The notes beneath the pieces were generated by a model, which was not told where the DNA came from, did no database searches, and saw only the letters and a program-made list of their open reading frames with translations. Shown piece after piece: positions 28,926 through 38,384 of a stretch of 64,000 nucleotides of DNA (position 1 is its first letter; each line of letters opens with the position of its first letter). Source of the DNA: a virus (lineage: Duplodnaviria; Caudoviricetes); IMG/VR virus record IMGVR_UViG_3300025715_000012, positions 83,413 through 147,412 of that record; one strand, written 5' to 3'. The translations under genes were made by a program, and so were the position numbers.

Positions 28926-29558
28926 ATGAGACATTTAAAAGTATACGATGAATATTTAAAAGAGGAAAAAAGTTGGTTCAATTTTTTAAAAAAACCAACG
29001 AAATATAAACCAATTCCAATTGACGAAAATGATCCTTGGGGTGAAGATACTCATAGAGAATATACTTTTGGTGATTGGTTTAAAAACAATCGATCAAAAA
29101 TAAAAAATTCTAGATTTCCTTTTTTAATAAAAACAATTGACTGCTCTCAAAGTATGATAACCAGTCTCAAAGGAATCGAGAAATTAATAAATCTTAGTTC
29201 TTTGACCTGCGCAGGAAATCTATTAAGTGATTTAAAGGGAATAGAAAATTTAAAACATCTGGAAATTCTATGGGTCTATGACAACAAACTGAAAAGTATA
29301 AAAGAAGTGAAAAATTTAAAAAATTTAAAAGAATTTTCTTGTTCTGGCAATCTATTAACAAGTTTAGAGGGAATAGAGAATTTGATAAATCTTGAAAGAT
29401 TATATTGCTATCTAAATCCAATAACTTGCGTCATTGGTATAGAAAAATTGAAGAATCTTCAGCAACTATATGCGTTTGGTGGCACTATGTTTTCAGAAAC
29501 ATATAAAGAATATTTGAAAAAATATTGTAGGAAAAAAAATATAGGATATATAATATGA
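28926..29558 (+). CDS. Leucine-rich repeat protein with leader and DPWGE tag
   Basis: MRHLKVYDEYLKE; NDPWGED; LxxLxCxxNxLxxLxGIExL repeats. Confidence 0.88.
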   Translation: MRHLKVYDEYLKEEKSWFNFLKKPTKYKPIPIDENDPWGEDTHREYTFGDWFKNNRSKIKNSRFPFLIKTIDCSQSMITSLKGIEKLINLSSLTCAGNLLSDLKGIENLKHLEILWVYDNKLKSIKEVKNLKNLKEFSCSGNLLTSLEGIENLINLERLYCYLNPITCVIGIEKLKNLQQLYAFGGTMFSETYKEYLKKYCRKKNIGYII

Positions 29559-31486
29559 AAGTTAAAAAGATAAAAGATTTTAAGAGAAAAAACGTTTTAA
29601 TATTTTCTGGATCGGCACGTTATAGAAATAATTGCCCTGGACAAGATAGCAAGACATTACAAATGATAAAGAGTTTGGATTTTCCAGATTTCGATTTTGA
29701 AATTATAGATTTGTCAATAAAAGATGAAGATCCTATCATTCAACCTTGTAAAGGATGCATTTCAACGGCCGGTGGAGCGCACTGTCATTGGACTTGTATA
29801 GGTGGTGATCAAAGAGTACAGACTGAATACGGATATAAAGAAATATCGCAGATTATAGAAAATGACATCTTATCTACCGGTTTGGTTGAAAAATCTTGGA
29901 ATACTTCACCGAAAGAAAATATATATGAAATTGTTTTAACAGATGGAAGAAGATTAAAATGTACTAAAAATCACTATATAAAAACTTTAAGTAATAAAAG
30001 AATTAGAACGATTAATAGTTTATGGAAATTTTATAGAGAAGAAGAATATAAAAAACTAGAAGATATCAAAATAGGTGATTTTATGCCTGAACCAATTTTA
30101 GGAGGGAAATTTAAAGTTGGCGGAGAATATGATGAAAAATATTTTTTGATGGCGGGATTGATTTGGGGAGATGGAACATTTTGTAATGATAGTTTAATAT
30201 TATTTTATGATAATATAACAGAACCAGAACACGGTAAAAAAATACAAGAATTTTTTTCAGATTATATAATTAGTATAAAGGAGCATAAAACTAATATACA
30301 AGACGATTATATTAGAGAAGGATTTAGAACAAAATGTGAAATGATGAAAATAAATTTTGGTGCTAAAAATGGTAGGATTATAAAAAATATGGGATTTATA
30401 AAAAATTCCTCACATACTAGGAGATTGCCAGAAATACTGTTCAATTCTAATGAAATGGAATTGGGTTATTTTTTTAATGGCTGGTTTTCGACTGATGGAT
30501 CAGTAAATAATAAAGGAATATCACTTTATAATGTGAGTTATGAATGTTTAAGAGATGCCCAATTATTATTGTTTAAGATGGGCATTAAATCTAGTGTTTA
30601 TGATATGAGAAAACACAAAACAATTGTGCGAGGAAAGGAATTAGAAAGGGCATCAATGTTATCAATAACAGGACATGATAATTTAATTTTATATAAAAAT
30701 AAAATTGATTTTATTAATCCTTATAAAAAAAACCAATTAGATAAAATATTATCGGTTAAAACAAAAAGAATGAAAAACAAACCGCCTAAAGTAAAGGAAA
30801 TAAATTATATTGGCGAAGGCCCGGTTTATGATTTAACTATATCTGGGACACACGAATTTATAACCGAAGGGATATTGGTTCATAATTGCGATTGTTATAA
30901 AAAAGATGATAAGGAGCATCCAGATTTTATGTATGAAAAAAATATCTATGAAAAATTGGAAAAATGCGATGCTTTTATGGTTATAACTCCAATAAACTGG
31001 TGGAGCGTTCCAACACAAGTAAAAGCGTTGTTTGATAGACTGACATGTGCATCTTTAACCATGACAACCGAGCAGGCTAAGAAAATTTTTGGCGAAAAAA
31101 ATGTTAAAGATCCAGATGTGACAAAGCCTTTTTCAGAAACAGAAGAGTTCAAAAAAATAGCTAAGAATCATTTGGAAGGAAAGGTCGCTGGATTTTTTAT
31201 TCATGGTGATGATGGGGCAGATGATTATGTGGATAAAAAAATACCAGATTCATATAAAAAATATAAACAAGGAATTTGGGAAGATCCAAAAAGTGCCATA
31301 ATGCCGATAGTTTGGCAATGTAGATATATGGGTATAGATGTTCCAGATGATTTAATAGAATCTTTCTATATGAATGAAGAAATAAGTTATAGCGAAGCCA
31401 ATGATAAATACGAAAAAGGAAAACTTGATTTCGCAGTTGATAAAATGAATAATTTTGTAAAAAAAGTATATAATTACATAAAATGA
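29555..31486 (+). CDS. Flavodoxin-fold (iron-sulfur flavoprotein/NADPH-FMN reductase-like) protein with an intein
   Basis: SGSAR, PCKGC...CHWT|CDC, TPINWWSVPTQVKALFDRL. Confidence 0.85.
   Translation: MKVKKIKDFKRKNVLIFSGSARYRNNCPGQDSKTLQMIKSLDFPDFDFEIIDLSIKDEDPIIQPCKGCISTAGGAHCHWTCIGGDQRVQTEYGYKEISQIIENDILSTGLVEKSWNTSPKENIYEIVLTDGRRLKCTKNHYIKTLSNKRIRTINSLWKFYREEEYKKLEDIKIGDFMPEPILGGKFKVGGEYDEKYFLMAGLIWGDGTFCNDSLILFYDNITEPEHGKKIQEFFSDYIISIKEHKTNIQDDYIREGFRTKCEMMKINFGAKNGRIIKNMGFIKNSSHTRRLPEILFNSNEMELGYFFNGWFSTDGSVNNKGISLYNVSYECLRDAQLLLFKMGIKSSVYDMRKHKTIVRGKELERASMLSITGHDNLILYKNKIDFINPYKKNQLDKILSVKTKRMKNKPPKVKEINYIGEGPVYDLTISGTHEFITEGILVHNCDCYKKDDKEHPDFMYEKNIYEKLEKCDAFMVITPINWWSVPTQVKALFDRLTCASLTMTTEQAKKIFGEKNVKDPDVTKPFSETEEFKKIAKNHLEGKVAGFFIHGDDGADDYVDKKIPDSYKKYKQGIWEDPKSAIMPIVWQCRYMGIDVPDDLIESFYMNEEISYSEANDKYEKGKLDFAVDKMNNFVKKVYNYIK
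29795..30886 (+). mobile_element. 364-aa intein with LAGLIDADG homing endonuclease
   Basis: Starts CIGGDQRV; block B CTKNH; AGLIWGDG and NGWFSTDG; ends VYDLTI...ILVHN|C. Confidence 0.92.
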
Positions 31487-32298
31487 TAGAATATAAGATG
31501 TCAGCGGAAAACAGAAAGATATACTCGGATAATATAAATCGAGTTTTATTTCCTATGTATAGAAAAATGGGCAAATTGAAAAGATTGAGCCCCCATAGTA
31601 TGTTTGGAGTAGTTGACACTGGATATGATTTACCAAGTGGAACAAGATCTTATGATTTTTATAATGGAAAAGATCCATATTGGTCTTTTTTGAATTATGT
31701 TAATACCAACATGCGTTCTTTCGCTGTTATTATGAAGCATTATAATGAAATGAATGATGAAAAAATATATAACGTGGACACCGCAGATAAAGTCACAAAA
31801 GTAAATAATTTTATAAATGAATATGCCGAAGAAATATTCAAACCGAGCGATGGTGTGTTTCGAGATTGTTTGTGGGATATACTTGGAAAAATATCAACGA
31901 CTAGATTTTATGGAGATTATGCCGAAGAAATAGCCGCTAGATTGTTGACAGAGAAATATAATATGGAAAATGTGGATAAAAGTGTTCCTGGCGATAAAAG
32001 AGATGCTTTCTATGGAGTTGATATAACATTTGACTTTAAAGGTAAAAATCAAACAGCTCAATGTAAGATTTATAACAATACTGGTTTAAAATTAGAAAAT
32101 GGCGGTTATCTATTTAGTGGTCCAGCAATTACAAATTATAAAAACATAGATTATTTTATTTTTGTGAATATGAATATGAGACATTTCTACATATTTCGCA
32201 CAATTAGTAAAGCCACAGGCGATAGAATAGAAATAAATGAAAATGGATACTTTTTTAAAGAATCCCTAAAAGTAGATGATGGAAGATATGAATATTGA
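31483..32298 (+). CDS. Hypothetical protein with PD-(D/E)xK-like C-terminus
   Basis: GDYAEE...DAFYGVD...TAQCK. Confidence 0.65.
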   Translation: MIEYKMSAENRKIYSDNINRVLFPMYRKMGKLKRLSPHSMFGVVDTGYDLPSGTRSYDFYNGKDPYWSFLNYVNTNMRSFAVIMKHYNEMNDEKIYNVDTADKVTKVNNFINEYAEEIFKPSDGVFRDCLWDILGKISTTRFYGDYAEEIAARLLTEKYNMENVDKSVPGDKRDAFYGVDITFDFKGKNQTAQCKIYNNTGLKLENGGYLFSGPAITNYKNIDYFIFVNMNMRHFYIFRTISKATGDRIEINENGYFFKESLKVDDGRYEY

Positions 32299-33292
32299 AA
32301 CATACATATTACAACATGCTTTTGAATTAAAGTTTCATGAGTCTAGGGATGATTATTTTGAATTTTTTCGAAATAAACTCGAAAACTCTTATATAAGATG
32401 TAAGCTCATTTCAGGTGCACGAGAAATAGAAGAGCACGGTAAAATAAAAAAAGTTACAATCAATCCAATAGATACAAGATCCATTGCGATTTATATAATT
32501 ATGGATAATGGTGATGAGGGATATATACATGTTTATGAACCAATTGTAATATCAAAGAAACCGTTCGAAAAAATTATAAAATTTGATTCAGAAGATGATC
32601 CATTTGGTGAAGATGCAGAATGGCATTGGGGTGAAATAAAAGAATCGAACCATACAATAGAAAATTTTACTATTGGCGATATAGTAAGACTGGATAGGAA
32701 TACAAAAGAATATAAAGAACTTTATCCACATCGCAGATATTTTTATGAGGTAGGAGAAGACGAATTTGGAGTTGTGGAAAGGGTTCTATATAACGAAAAT
32801 TTTATTATAGTTAAATGGGGAAGTGGATATTCAAATGCCTATAGATCAAATGAACTTATTATTGATATAAAAAAAGAAAAAAGAAAACAAAATTTAGAAG
32901 ATGATCCTTGGAATGAAGAAGATTGGGGATATGAAGAAATAAAAGAAAAAAATCATATGAAAAATTTTAGAATGTTTATAAACGAAAATTATACTTTAAC
33001 CATCGCTGATGGAGAAAGTGATTCTGAAGCCGTGTGGCTCGAAGAATGTGATGTGTCTGATATCTGGTCTGATTATAAAAGTGAAAAGATAAATGAAAAC
33101 AATTTCATCAACACTTATAATAGAAGACTCGTTGGGAAGAAAGATAAGCTCGTAAAAATTGGAGTTAAATGTTGGAATGAATTAGCTAAATTGATAAGAG
33201 AAGGAAATGATGATATGATGAAATATTTAGATGACATTTATGATTGGGCCGATAAATACGGAGTTAAAATAATATCAAAGAAAAATGATTGA
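32288..33292 (+). CDS. Three-module tagged protein (putative polyprotein)
   Basis: DDPFGEDAEWHWGEIKE and DDPWNEEDWGYEEIKE separators; internal leader HMKNFRMFINE. Confidence 0.75.
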   Translation: MNIETYILQHAFELKFHESRDDYFEFFRNKLENSYIRCKLISGAREIEEHGKIKKVTINPIDTRSIAIYIIMDNGDEGYIHVYEPIVISKKPFEKIIKFDSEDDPFGEDAEWHWGEIKESNHTIENFTIGDIVRLDRNTKEYKELYPHRRYFYEVGEDEFGVVERVLYNENFIIVKWGSGYSNAYRSNELIIDIKKEKRKQNLEDDPWNEEDWGYEEIKEKNHMKNFRMFINENYTLTIADGESDSEAVWLEECDVSDIWSDYKSEKINENNFINTYNRRLVGKKDKLVKIGVKCWNELAKLIREGNDDMMKYLDDIYDWADKYGVKIISKKND

Positions 33293-33971
33293 TGTCAAAA
33301 AACTTTTTGTGAAATATCATGGTTATGTTGAATGTCTACATATAGCTAAGATTTTGGCTAATATGGGATTTAAAGTTTATGGATACAATTTCACATTTAA
33401 GAGTCATTTGATTGATTTATATATGGATTATAAGGGATTATATTTTAAATATGATGAAAAGTTTGAAACGCCATATTTTACTCTGATAGATGATGATTCA
33501 ATTGAAGGATATAAAACTATTGAATATGAAGATTTTATAAAAATTATTAAAAAAGATTTTCCAGAATTCATGGCAAAAAAATTAAAAAGAAAAATAACTG
33601 AAGATGATCCTTGGGGCGAAGATTCTACATTTGAAAAATTTAATATATACAATCATATGATAACAAAATTTCAAATATTCGAGAAAAGATTTCATCCGGC
33701 CGTGGGTGAATATTATCAAATAAATTACTGGGTTACAGGAGAAGTTGCGCCTGTTAAAATTTTAAAAGTCAATCCGAATAATACTTATTTGGTTGGATTT
33801 GATGTTGAAGGAAGCTCGGTCCGAGGAGCTCCGAATGTCGTTATAAAAAATTCTGATATTGTTGCTCCATATAAACCAATAAGAAGTCCGGTTGGATCAG
33901 GGTTTATATCAACGAACACGAATATGAGTATACGTCAGGTGCATCAAGTTTCAAATGATATGTACTTGTAA
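33285..33971 (+). CDS. Two-module tagged protein
   Basis: DDPWGEDS, then internal leader HMITKFQIFE preceded by TAATATATA inside the ORF. Confidence 0.7.
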   Translation: MIDVKKLFVKYHGYVECLHIAKILANMGFKVYGYNFTFKSHLIDLYMDYKGLYFKYDEKFETPYFTLIDDDSIEGYKTIEYEDFIKIIKKDFPEFMAKKLKRKITEDDPWGEDSTFEKFNIYNHMITKFQIFEKRFHPAVGEYYQINYWVTGEVAPVKILKVNPNNTYLVGFDVEGSSVRGAPNVVIKNSDIVAPYKPIRSPVGSGFISTNTNMSIRQVHQVSNDMYL

Positions 33972-33980
33972 ATCAAATAA

Positions 33981-34457
33981 TTAACTATCTTCTCCCCAAG
34001 GATCATCCAATTTTTGCTCTTCTGGTAAATCTTCTATCGCAAAATATATATCATTGAATATTTTCTTTAAAGTGGACTCTCTTCTTCTTTTACAATATTC
34101 ATATGGCTGTAATCCAATTTTTGGTCCAGTATCGTTGAAACTATCTATAATATGATCTCCGCGTAAAACAATGGCATCATAAAGCATAAATTGGTATTCT
34201 TTTTCAGAAACATATTTAAAAATATAAATATCATAATTCTTATGATGACAAAGGGCATATGTTGAATAATCGGTAGATTTGCCATAAGCGGCTTTAAACT
34301 CTATATTTGGAAAATCTCTTATTATTTCAAATCCAGCAGCATTTAGAATCTCGGTTTCAAAATCATTGAAATATGGTCGTTCTTGATTATTTTGAATTCT
34401 CCTTTTACGAATTTCATCATCTGATGGCATGAATTTGAACTGTTCGAAACTCTTCAT
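33981..34457 (-). CDS. Leader protein with C-terminal DDPWGEDS
   Basis: MKSFEQF; TAATATATA at 34478-34486 (-). Confidence 0.75.
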   Translation of the reverse strand: MKSFEQFKFMPSDDEIRKRRIQNNQERPYFNDFETEILNAAGFEIIRDFPNIEFKAAYGKSTDYSTYALCHHKNYDIYIFKYVSEKEYQFMLYDAIVLRGDHIIDSFNDTGPKIGLQPYEYCKRRRESTLKKIFNDIYFAIEDLPEEQKLDDPWGEDS

Positions 34458-34504
34458 TTTAAATTTTCATTTTTCTTTATATATTAAAAAAATAATTCAT
34501 TTTT

Positions 34505-35689
34505 TTAACTGATGAGTTCTCTCAGATTTCTATTAAATATTTCTTCTATTTCTTTTTTATATTTTATTGGAAAATTTATTGAATCGTGAACAGTAAACAA
34601 ATTAATTTTTGGATATTTTTCATAAATTTCTTTAATAACTTTTCCGAAAATAAAATCGCTTTCCATTCTTTGTAGTCTATGACTCAGAAATCTATAATCC
34701 TCTTTCTCCTTTTTATATTCTAGTATATACTCATAGATTTTAGGGAAGACCCCTTTAAATATCTTATTTTCAGTTGTTTTCAATCCATTTTTACCGAAAA
34801 GCACTTTATATATAATGAGTTTTATTTCTTTTCTATTCAAATTTTTAAATTTATCTTGAAAATAATCATAGAACAAACCATTCTTTGTCAGCTCGATATA
34901 TTTTCTTATTTCTTCATCTGATGGATCCATTTCTTCTTGTAAGAGAACTCCGAGAAAAAGTGGTTGTGAATTTCTAATATCAAGCTCCATTATATCCGAG
35001 CTGCCAATCATTAAAAATTTTTGTCTTATTTCTCTTTTTAATATAGTAAAATTTGTGTGAAATCTACCATATTCATCAAATTTAAAGAATAGATGACCAT
35101 TTTTTATACCTTCTATACTATTTAGATTTTTATAAAATTTGTTGCTATCAATTTGTTTTGTTTCTTTTAGAGATTTCAAATATTCTATAGATTTTTTATA
35201 ATCTATTTTAACTTTATAGATATCATCCACTAGTTTCTTTCTTATATCTGGTGATATAGGAGATAAATTATGGCTCGTTATAGATTCTTCAATAAACTCT
35301 TTTGAGTATTTTTTTAACAATATTTTATCATATATCGAGCATTCTTTAATGCTATCTGGATCAAAGGGATTGATTTTATAAGTTTTAGATTTTTTACCAG
35401 CATAATAGTTCGATACTAGTGTAATGAAACCATCTTCAATTAAATAATCAATATATTTGGAATAGTCCATGCCATATTTTTTCCTCAGTATGAGACTCCA
35501 CAGATTAAAATTATTTTCATTGAAGACCGAAAGCTCGACATCTTCAACAAAATAATGTTTTAAGATTAACTCATGTATAATATTGATGAGATAGGCTGTT
35601 TTTAGACTACTATCTTTATATGAAATTTTACTGGTTTTGGTCAAATATTCATATTTCTGTGGTATAAATTGGTGAATCTGATTAATCAT
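34505..35689 (-). CDS. Compact family-A polymerase-like protein (palm only, no exonuclease)
   Basis: GRFHTNFT, motif A ELDIRNSQP, motif B RKEIK...YKVLFG, LQRMES, motif C TVHDS. Confidence 0.75.
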   Translation of the reverse strand: MINQIHQFIPQKYEYLTKTSKISYKDSSLKTAYLINIIHELILKHYFVEDVELSVFNENNFNLWSLILRKKYGMDYSKYIDYLIEDGFITLVSNYYAGKKSKTYKINPFDPDSIKECSIYDKILLKKYSKEFIEESITSHNLSPISPDIRKKLVDDIYKVKIDYKKSIEYLKSLKETKQIDSNKFYKNLNSIEGIKNGHLFFKFDEYGRFHTNFTILKREIRQKFLMIGSSDIMELDIRNSQPLFLGVLLQEEMDPSDEEIRKYIELTKNGLFYDYFQDKFKNLNRKEIKLIIYKVLFGKNGLKTTENKIFKGVFPKIYEYILEYKKEKEDYRFLSHRLQRMESDFIFGKVIKEIYEKYPKINLFTVHDSINFPIKYKKEIEEIFNRNLRELIS

Positions 35690-35759
35690 ATTTCATATCT
35701 TGTAAAGAAAAATCATAAAAAGTTTTTTAATATATAGAACAAAATTTAAATAATTTTAA

Positions 35760-36116
35760 ATGAATATTCTCAAATTCAATACTTTTAATTCTGTAAATGA
35801 GCAAGATGATAATGGTTTTTATGTCGGGCAAAAAGTTTCTTTAAAAGAAGAATTGATAGGTGGTTACTCAGCATATTTTACTAGAAGAGTTATAAAAGAT
35901 AATGATGGGACCATTGTTCGTATTAACTTTAATATGGAATATCCATTAATTATCGACTGGGGAGATGATTCTGTTGCCAATTATCGTGTGAGTGAAATAA
36001 TACCAAAGGGAATGAAAATAAAAAGAAAACAAAATCTAAAAGACGATCCTTGGGATGAAGAAAATTGGGGGCATGAATTTGTGAAAGAAAATCATAAAAA
36101 GTTTTTTAATATATAG
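35760..36116 (+). CDS. Protein with leader, SH3-like domain and DDPWDEENWG tag
   Basis: TAATATATA at 35728; near-duplicate of module 1 of the next ORF. Confidence 0.75.
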   Translation: MNILKFNTFNSVNEQDDNGFYVGQKVSLKEELIGGYSAYFTRRVIKDNDGTIVRINFNMEYPLIIDWGDDSVANYRVSEIIPKGMKIKRKQNLKDDPWDEENWGHEFVKENHKKFFNI

Positions 36117-36135
36117 AACAAAATTCAATAATTGA

Positions 36136-37134
36136 ATGGTTAATTCTTTTTATGTCGGGCAAAAAGTTTCTTTAAAAGAAGAATTGATAGGTGGTCGCTC
36201 AGTGTTTTTTAGTAGAAGCGCTATAAAAGACAACGATGGAACTATTGTTGATATTAATTTCAATAATGAATATCCATTAACTATCGACTGGAAAAACTCC
36301 AAGGATGTTGATTACACAAAATGTTATCGTTATGGGGTAGATGAAGTTGTACCAAAGGGGATGAAAAGAAAACTGAATTCGGATGATCCCTGGGGAGAAG
36401 AGAATTGGGGATGGGAAGAAGTGAAAGAAAATAATAACTATAAAGGTTTCAATATTGGAGATGAAGTTTTTGTACATGGGCACATGTCCAACATTCACTT
36501 TACTGGTCAAAAAGGAACTGTAATAAAGATTTTTGATTATTCAGATAGAATTTTAGTTAAATTTCCAGAACGATTTGATGACAATTTACACGATGGAAAT
36601 GGAGATGATGAAACAAATAGTTCATATTATATTGATTATGAACTTTTAACATTAGCCGACAATAAAAAAAGAAGAAGAAAACAAAATCTAAAAGACGATC
36701 CTTGGGATGAGGAGTATTGGGGATGGGAATTTAAAAGAAAAACCAATCCAGATGATGATCCTTGGAATGAAGAAGACTGGGGATGGGAGGAAGTAAGTGA
36801 ATCTAATAAATTTGATAATTTAATTGATTATTATATACCTTTTAAAACGAAAGAAGAAATGATCACAATAGCTAAAAAATTGGATGAGTTGGAATATATT
36901 GTTGCAAATTATAGAGAAGTTATTGTTGGAGTAGGATTTGATAATCCAGGACACAAGGTTTATTGTTACCATAAAGGAAAATTTATGAGGGCGACAATAG
37001 ATTTTGCTAATTATAATAATAAAAAAAAATTGAGCCTTGAAGATCTCATTGGGTTCAAAAAAGGAAAAAGAATAACTAATCCAGATGTTGATCCTTGGAA
37101 TGAAGAAGACTGGGGATGGGAAGAGATAAAATAA
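36136..37134 (+). CDS. Multi-module protein with four DPWxEExWGWE tags
   Basis: Three cargo domains, each followed by a basic linker and the tag; TAATATATA at 36107. Confidence 0.8.
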   Translation: MVNSFYVGQKVSLKEELIGGRSVFFSRSAIKDNDGTIVDINFNNEYPLTIDWKNSKDVDYTKCYRYGVDEVVPKGMKRKLNSDDPWGEENWGWEEVKENNNYKGFNIGDEVFVHGHMSNIHFTGQKGTVIKIFDYSDRILVKFPERFDDNLHDGNGDDETNSSYYIDYELLTLADNKKRRRKQNLKDDPWDEEYWGWEFKRKTNPDDDPWNEEDWGWEEVSESNKFDNLIDYYIPFKTKEEMITIAKKLDELEYIVANYREVIVGVGFDNPGHKVYCYHKGKFMRATIDFANYNNKKKLSLEDLIGFKKGKRITNPDVDPWNEEDWGWEEIK

Positions 37135-37189
37135 TTTTTAAACCATTCCATTTTTTCTCAATATATTAGTAAAAATAATTTTTTCAAAA

Positions 37190-37402
37190 ATGCTTTACGA
37201 CGCTAGAAAACAAAAAAGAAAATTTAGATTAACATTCTATATTATTTTATTTTTTCAAAAAAACTGGAAAATTCTTTTAAAAGTTTTATTGGTATTATCT
37301 ATTTTTTCTATTATATTCTTACCGACATTATCTGGTAACATAATCGGCAATTGGATAAAAGATTTTTTTGGAACAATTATCAATATATTGAAAACTATAT
37401 AG
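37190..37402 (+). CDS. Small membrane protein
   Basis: Hydrophobic segment. Confidence 0.55.
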   Translation: MLYDARKQKRKFRLTFYIILFFQKNWKILLKVLLVLSIFSIIFLPTLSGNIIGNWIKDFFGTIINILKTI

Positions 37403-37404
37403 TT

Positions 37405-37593
37405 ATGAGTGAAATTAACAGCGAATTACCTACAGCGAGCGATATGGGTATAAATGATGAATTTGTTTATGCCGCCAAAATTGTAAAGGCTTTATCTAAA
37501 ATCGATTTTTCAAAACCATGTGAAAGAGATGAAGCAATAAGAGCAATTGAAAAAACTTTTTATGAATATAAGGATAAAATATTAAAAAAATAA
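37405..37593 (+). CDS. Hypothetical protein
   Basis: ORF in the operon before dut. Confidence 0.5.
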   Translation: MSEINSELPTASDMGINDEFVYAAKIVKALSKIDFSKPCERDEAIRAIEKTFYEYKDKILKK

Positions 37594-37602
37594 AAATTTT
37601 AT

Positions 37603-38118
37603 ATGATAGTTGATGTTAAAATATTTAATAAGAGCCCAAATGAATTGCCTAAATACGCAAAACTAGGTGATGCTGGTTTCGATCTAAGAGCGGATCTCAG
37701 TAGAATAACAAAAAAATCAGACTTGGTTGGTAATGGAAATTATTCTCTAAAACAAAATGAAAATGAAAACTATATCATCCTATATCCAAAAGGCAGAATA
37801 GTCATACCCACTGGAATACATGTCGCCATACCCGAGGGGTATGAAATACAAGTGAGACCACGTAGTGGCTCGGCTATAAAATATGGTATCAGCGTTTTAA
37901 ATTCGCCAGGCACAATAGATACTGGTTGGAGGGATGAGATTGGGGTGATTTTATTAAACACAAATGATGTCGAATTCTTCATTTATCAAGGAGATAGAAT
38001 CGTACAAGGTGTCTTGAAAGAAGTCTGCTATTGTAATTGGATTGAAGTAGAAAATGAAGAAGAGCTGGGCGAGACAGAAAGAGGGAAAGGTGGATTTGGC
38101 CACACAGGTAAAGAATGA
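37603..38118 (+). CDS. dut: Trimeric dUTPase
   Basis: AGFDL, RPRSG, NSPGTID, GDRIVQ, RGKGGFGHTG. Confidence 0.96.
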   Translation: MIVDVKIFNKSPNELPKYAKLGDAGFDLRADLSRITKKSDLVGNGNYSLKQNENENYIILYPKGRIVIPTGIHVAIPEGYEIQVRPRSGSAIKYGISVLNSPGTIDTGWRDEIGVILLNTNDVEFFIYQGDRIVQGVLKEVCYCNWIEVENEEELGETERGKGGFGHTGKE

Positions 38119-38384
38119 AAAATATGAGAAAAGATAAAAATTACTACATAAAAGAAATAGAAGTCGAAGAGTGGTTGTCTATTGATGAAGGAATTCAAAA
38201 ACATAGATTTAATGATAGAATCGAATATAAAAAGAATTACGAGCTTCATCGCGAGGATGGTCCAGCTGTAGAATATTTTGATAACATCGGAAATCAATAT
38301 TATCTAAATGGAAAGAAATATACAGAAGATGAATGGAAAAATATACAAAAAGATAAAATTATGGGATTGATTATATCATCGTAA
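38115..38384 (+). CDS. Phage LHREDGPA-motif protein
   Basis: LHREDGPAVEY...YYLNG. Confidence 0.7.
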   Translation: MKNMRKDKNYYIKEIEVEEWLSIDEGIQKHRFNDRIEYKKNYELHREDGPAVEYFDNIGNQYYLNGKKYTEDEWKNIQKDKIMGLIISS

